64,000 nucleotides of DNA, from assembly GCA_050692055.1 (NCBI GenBank), contig JBOGTC010000155.1, positions 11,798 through 75,797 on the forward strand, written 5' to 3'. This DNA comes from Candidatus Limnocylindria bacterium (lineage in GTDB: Bacteria > Chloroflexota > Limnocylindria > QHBO01). Made by a program: the position numbers and the translations under genes. The notes beneath the pieces were generated by a model, which saw only the letters and a program-made list of their open reading frames with translations, had not been told where the DNA came from and searched no databases. Positions within the stretch are counted from its first letter, which is position 1, and each line of letters opens with the position of its first letter. This document shows positions 62,634 through 64,000 of the stretch, piece after piece.

Positions 62634-62776
62634 GGTATTGCGTGGGGTTCCGAGCGGCACCTATGCTCTGGTTGTTCCGAAGGGGCAGCCAACGGCACCA
62701 GAGATTGCATCAACGGTCCGGCGGCGGTTCCTTCGGGACTTTTCTATGTGCGCGGCCCTGTGCCCCGGCCGCGTTG

Positions 62777-62839
62777 CCCCTTCGCGTCGCGTTCCCCCTT
62801 CGCGTCGCGTTTCGCCGCCTCCGTTCCGCCGCCTCCGTT
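62777..62839. repeat. Two short tandem duplications (17-mer CCCCTTCGCGTCGCGTT x2; 11-mer CCGCCTCCGTT x2)
   Basis: Read directly from the sequence at 62777/62795 and 62815/62829. Confidence 0.8.
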
Positions 62840-62860
62840 GCCCCGTCTGCGTTGCATGAG

Positions 62861-62979
62861 ATGGAGGTAACGGCGAAGAAGTGAGCCGAAACGGCCGGAA
62901 GTTCGCCGCCTGTTGCATGAGGTGCAACCAGCGGGGAACGCGGCCCGGAGATCGGCCCTTACTTCCCTGTTACCTCCAT
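62861..62979. repeat. Intergenic inverted-repeat element E (arms ATGGAGGTAAC / GTTACCTCCAT)
   Basis: 11-bp perfect arms 97 bp apart. Internal hairpin GTTGCAtgaggTGCAAC. Confidence 0.6.
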
Positions 62980-63020
62980 GTGGTGAAAATTTCTGCGGAA
63001 GCTCCGGGGTATCCGGGCGG

Positions 63021-63758
63021 TCAGGCTTCTCGTCCGAGGTCTCGCTGCAGGCGTCGGACGACCTCGGCCGTCTCATCGTCCGGACCATGGCCGGGTTCGG
63101 AGGCGGGCCCGGCGAAGGTACCGAACTGGCGATCACCTGCGTCGCCCAGCCCCGGCACGATGTACCCGCGCTCGTTCAGGTGGGAGTCGACCGCCGCCAC
63201 GTGAATGTCGACGTCCGGGTGCGCAGCCGAGAGGGTGGCGATCCCCTCCGGCGCGGCGATGAGCGACACCTGCTTCACCCGCGCGGCGCCCCATGCTTTG
63301 AGAATGTCGACGGTCGCGGCGGCCGAACCGCCGGTGGCCAGCATCGGGTCGAGGATGAGGCACACCTGGACCGTCGCCGCGTCGGGCAGCTTGTTGTAGT
63401 ACTCGACCGGCTTGAGCGTCCGCTCGTCGCGGTACAGGCCGATGTGCCACACCTCGGCCGTCGGCAGTAGCTCGAGCATGGCATCGACCATCCCCAGGCC
63501 GGCGCGCAGGATCGGGATCAGGCCCACGCGGGGCTCGAGCACGGCGCCGTCCATCGGCTCCAGCGGAGTCTCGATCGGCGTAGGCTGGGTGGCAAGGTCG
63601 GCCATCGCCTCGTAGCCGAGCAGCCAGGTCAGCTCGCGGACGAGCTCGCGAAACGTCTTGGGCTCGGTGCCCTTGTCGCGCAGCAGCGACAGCTTGTGCG
63701 CCAGCAGCGGATGGCGGCTGACGTGGACCGATGTCGGGAGGGCGGGCGCGTCTGGCAT
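63021..63758 (-). CDS. upp: Uracil phosphoribosyltransferase
   Basis: PRPP-binding [12 protein letters not shown] and [12 protein letters not shown]. Has a short C-terminal extension. Confidence 0.9.
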   Translation of the reverse strand: MPDAPALPTSVHVSRHPLLAHKLSLLRDKGTEPKTFRELVRELTWLLGYEAMADLATQPTPIETPLEPMDGAVLEPRVGLIPILRAGLGMVDAMLELLPTAEVWHIGLYRDERTLKPVEYYNKLPDAATVQVCLILDPMLATGGSAAATVDILKAWGAARVKQVSLIAAPEGIATLSAAHPDVDIHVAAVDSHLNERGYIVPGLGDAGDRQFGTFAGPASEPGHGPDDETAEVVRRLQRDLGREA

Positions 63759-63766
63759 CGGCGCCG

Positions 63767-63772
63767 ATTCTA
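63767..63772 (-). promoter_or_regulatory. -10 box TAGAAT, 8 nt upstream of the upp ATG (leaderless layout)
   Basis: Minus strand reads gacTAGAATcggcgccgATG. Confidence 0.4.
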
Positions 63773-64000
63773 GTCCTCGGCAGGGTGCTTAGCCGCCGCT
63801 CCGCAGGTCCGAACGCACCTCCGCTGTCTGCGCCGGCCGATCCGCTGCCCGATGACCACGAGCTGATACGAAATCGCGCAAGCTTGACACGGGACTACCT
63901 CCACTGGCGGCATGCTGGTAGGCTTACCATCCTTACACGACCCATCGCGCAACGGACCGTGCCCAGGCCGTCGCTCGGCCCGTACCAGGAGGAGGAGGAG

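Noticed and set aside
62727-62745. A UUCG-loop hairpin followed by TTTTC, considered as an intrinsic terminator of a small RNA.
   Set aside because: Only 3-4 base pairs can form (GTTCC/GGAC with a mismatch). That is too weak to call.
62771-62815. Twin hairpins with C-rich loops (CGCG-TTGCCCCTT-CGCG and CGCG-TTCCCCCTT-CGCG), reminiscent of actinobacterial 6C RNA.
   Set aside because: The stems are only 4 bp and arise from a 17-bp tandem duplication. I cannot verify a covariance-model match by eye.

Overview
The window is a very GC-rich bacterial chromosomal segment with an Actinobacteria- or Chloroflexi-like gene repertoire. It is densely packed on both strands with housekeeping and metabolic genes. 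I saw no transposase, integrase, phage gene, cas gene or CRISPR array. Left to right: tctCB transporter, GNATs, OsmC, pckA, a Kelch lipoprotein, a nitrilase-family hydrolase, and an AraR-like regulator divergent from a sugar ABC transporter. Next come an orphan GAF-PAS histidine kinase, tRNA-Gly(CCC), an MBL hydrolase, a tightly coupled Lgt-paralog/radical-SAM/small-membrane-protein operon, rsgA, a ferredoxin-reductase-like flavoprotein and an arylamine N-acetyltransferase. A long plus-strand sulfur block follows: sufB-sufD-Rieske-Rrf2-sufC-sufS-sufU-moeZ-like-cysO-cysM-mec. After that: an SLH-anchored S8 protease, M24 and M20 peptidases, a TIMP-like CSC protein, PlsC, MFS, canonical lgt, CBS plus cystathionine gamma-lyase, a TetR-controlled beta-oxidation operon, gltA-mdh, a NUDIX hydrolase, an ArsR/Cys-rich-peptide/ArsC locus and upp. 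Five signals seem most worth a second look. (1) The octamer GGACCGAT(G) recurs about 38 times, independent of reading frame and on both strands. (2) The Lgt-paralog/radical-SAM membrane operon at 14296-17417. (3) An unannotated 26-aa peptide with 9 Cys, preceded by a strong SD, beside a divergent ArsR gene. (4) A family of intergenic inverted-repeat elements, several of which interrupt the suf-cys operon. (5) A recurrent leaderless-promoter layout (TANNNT, then 6-8 nt, then the start codon). All counts and alignments were done by eye and need computational confirmation.
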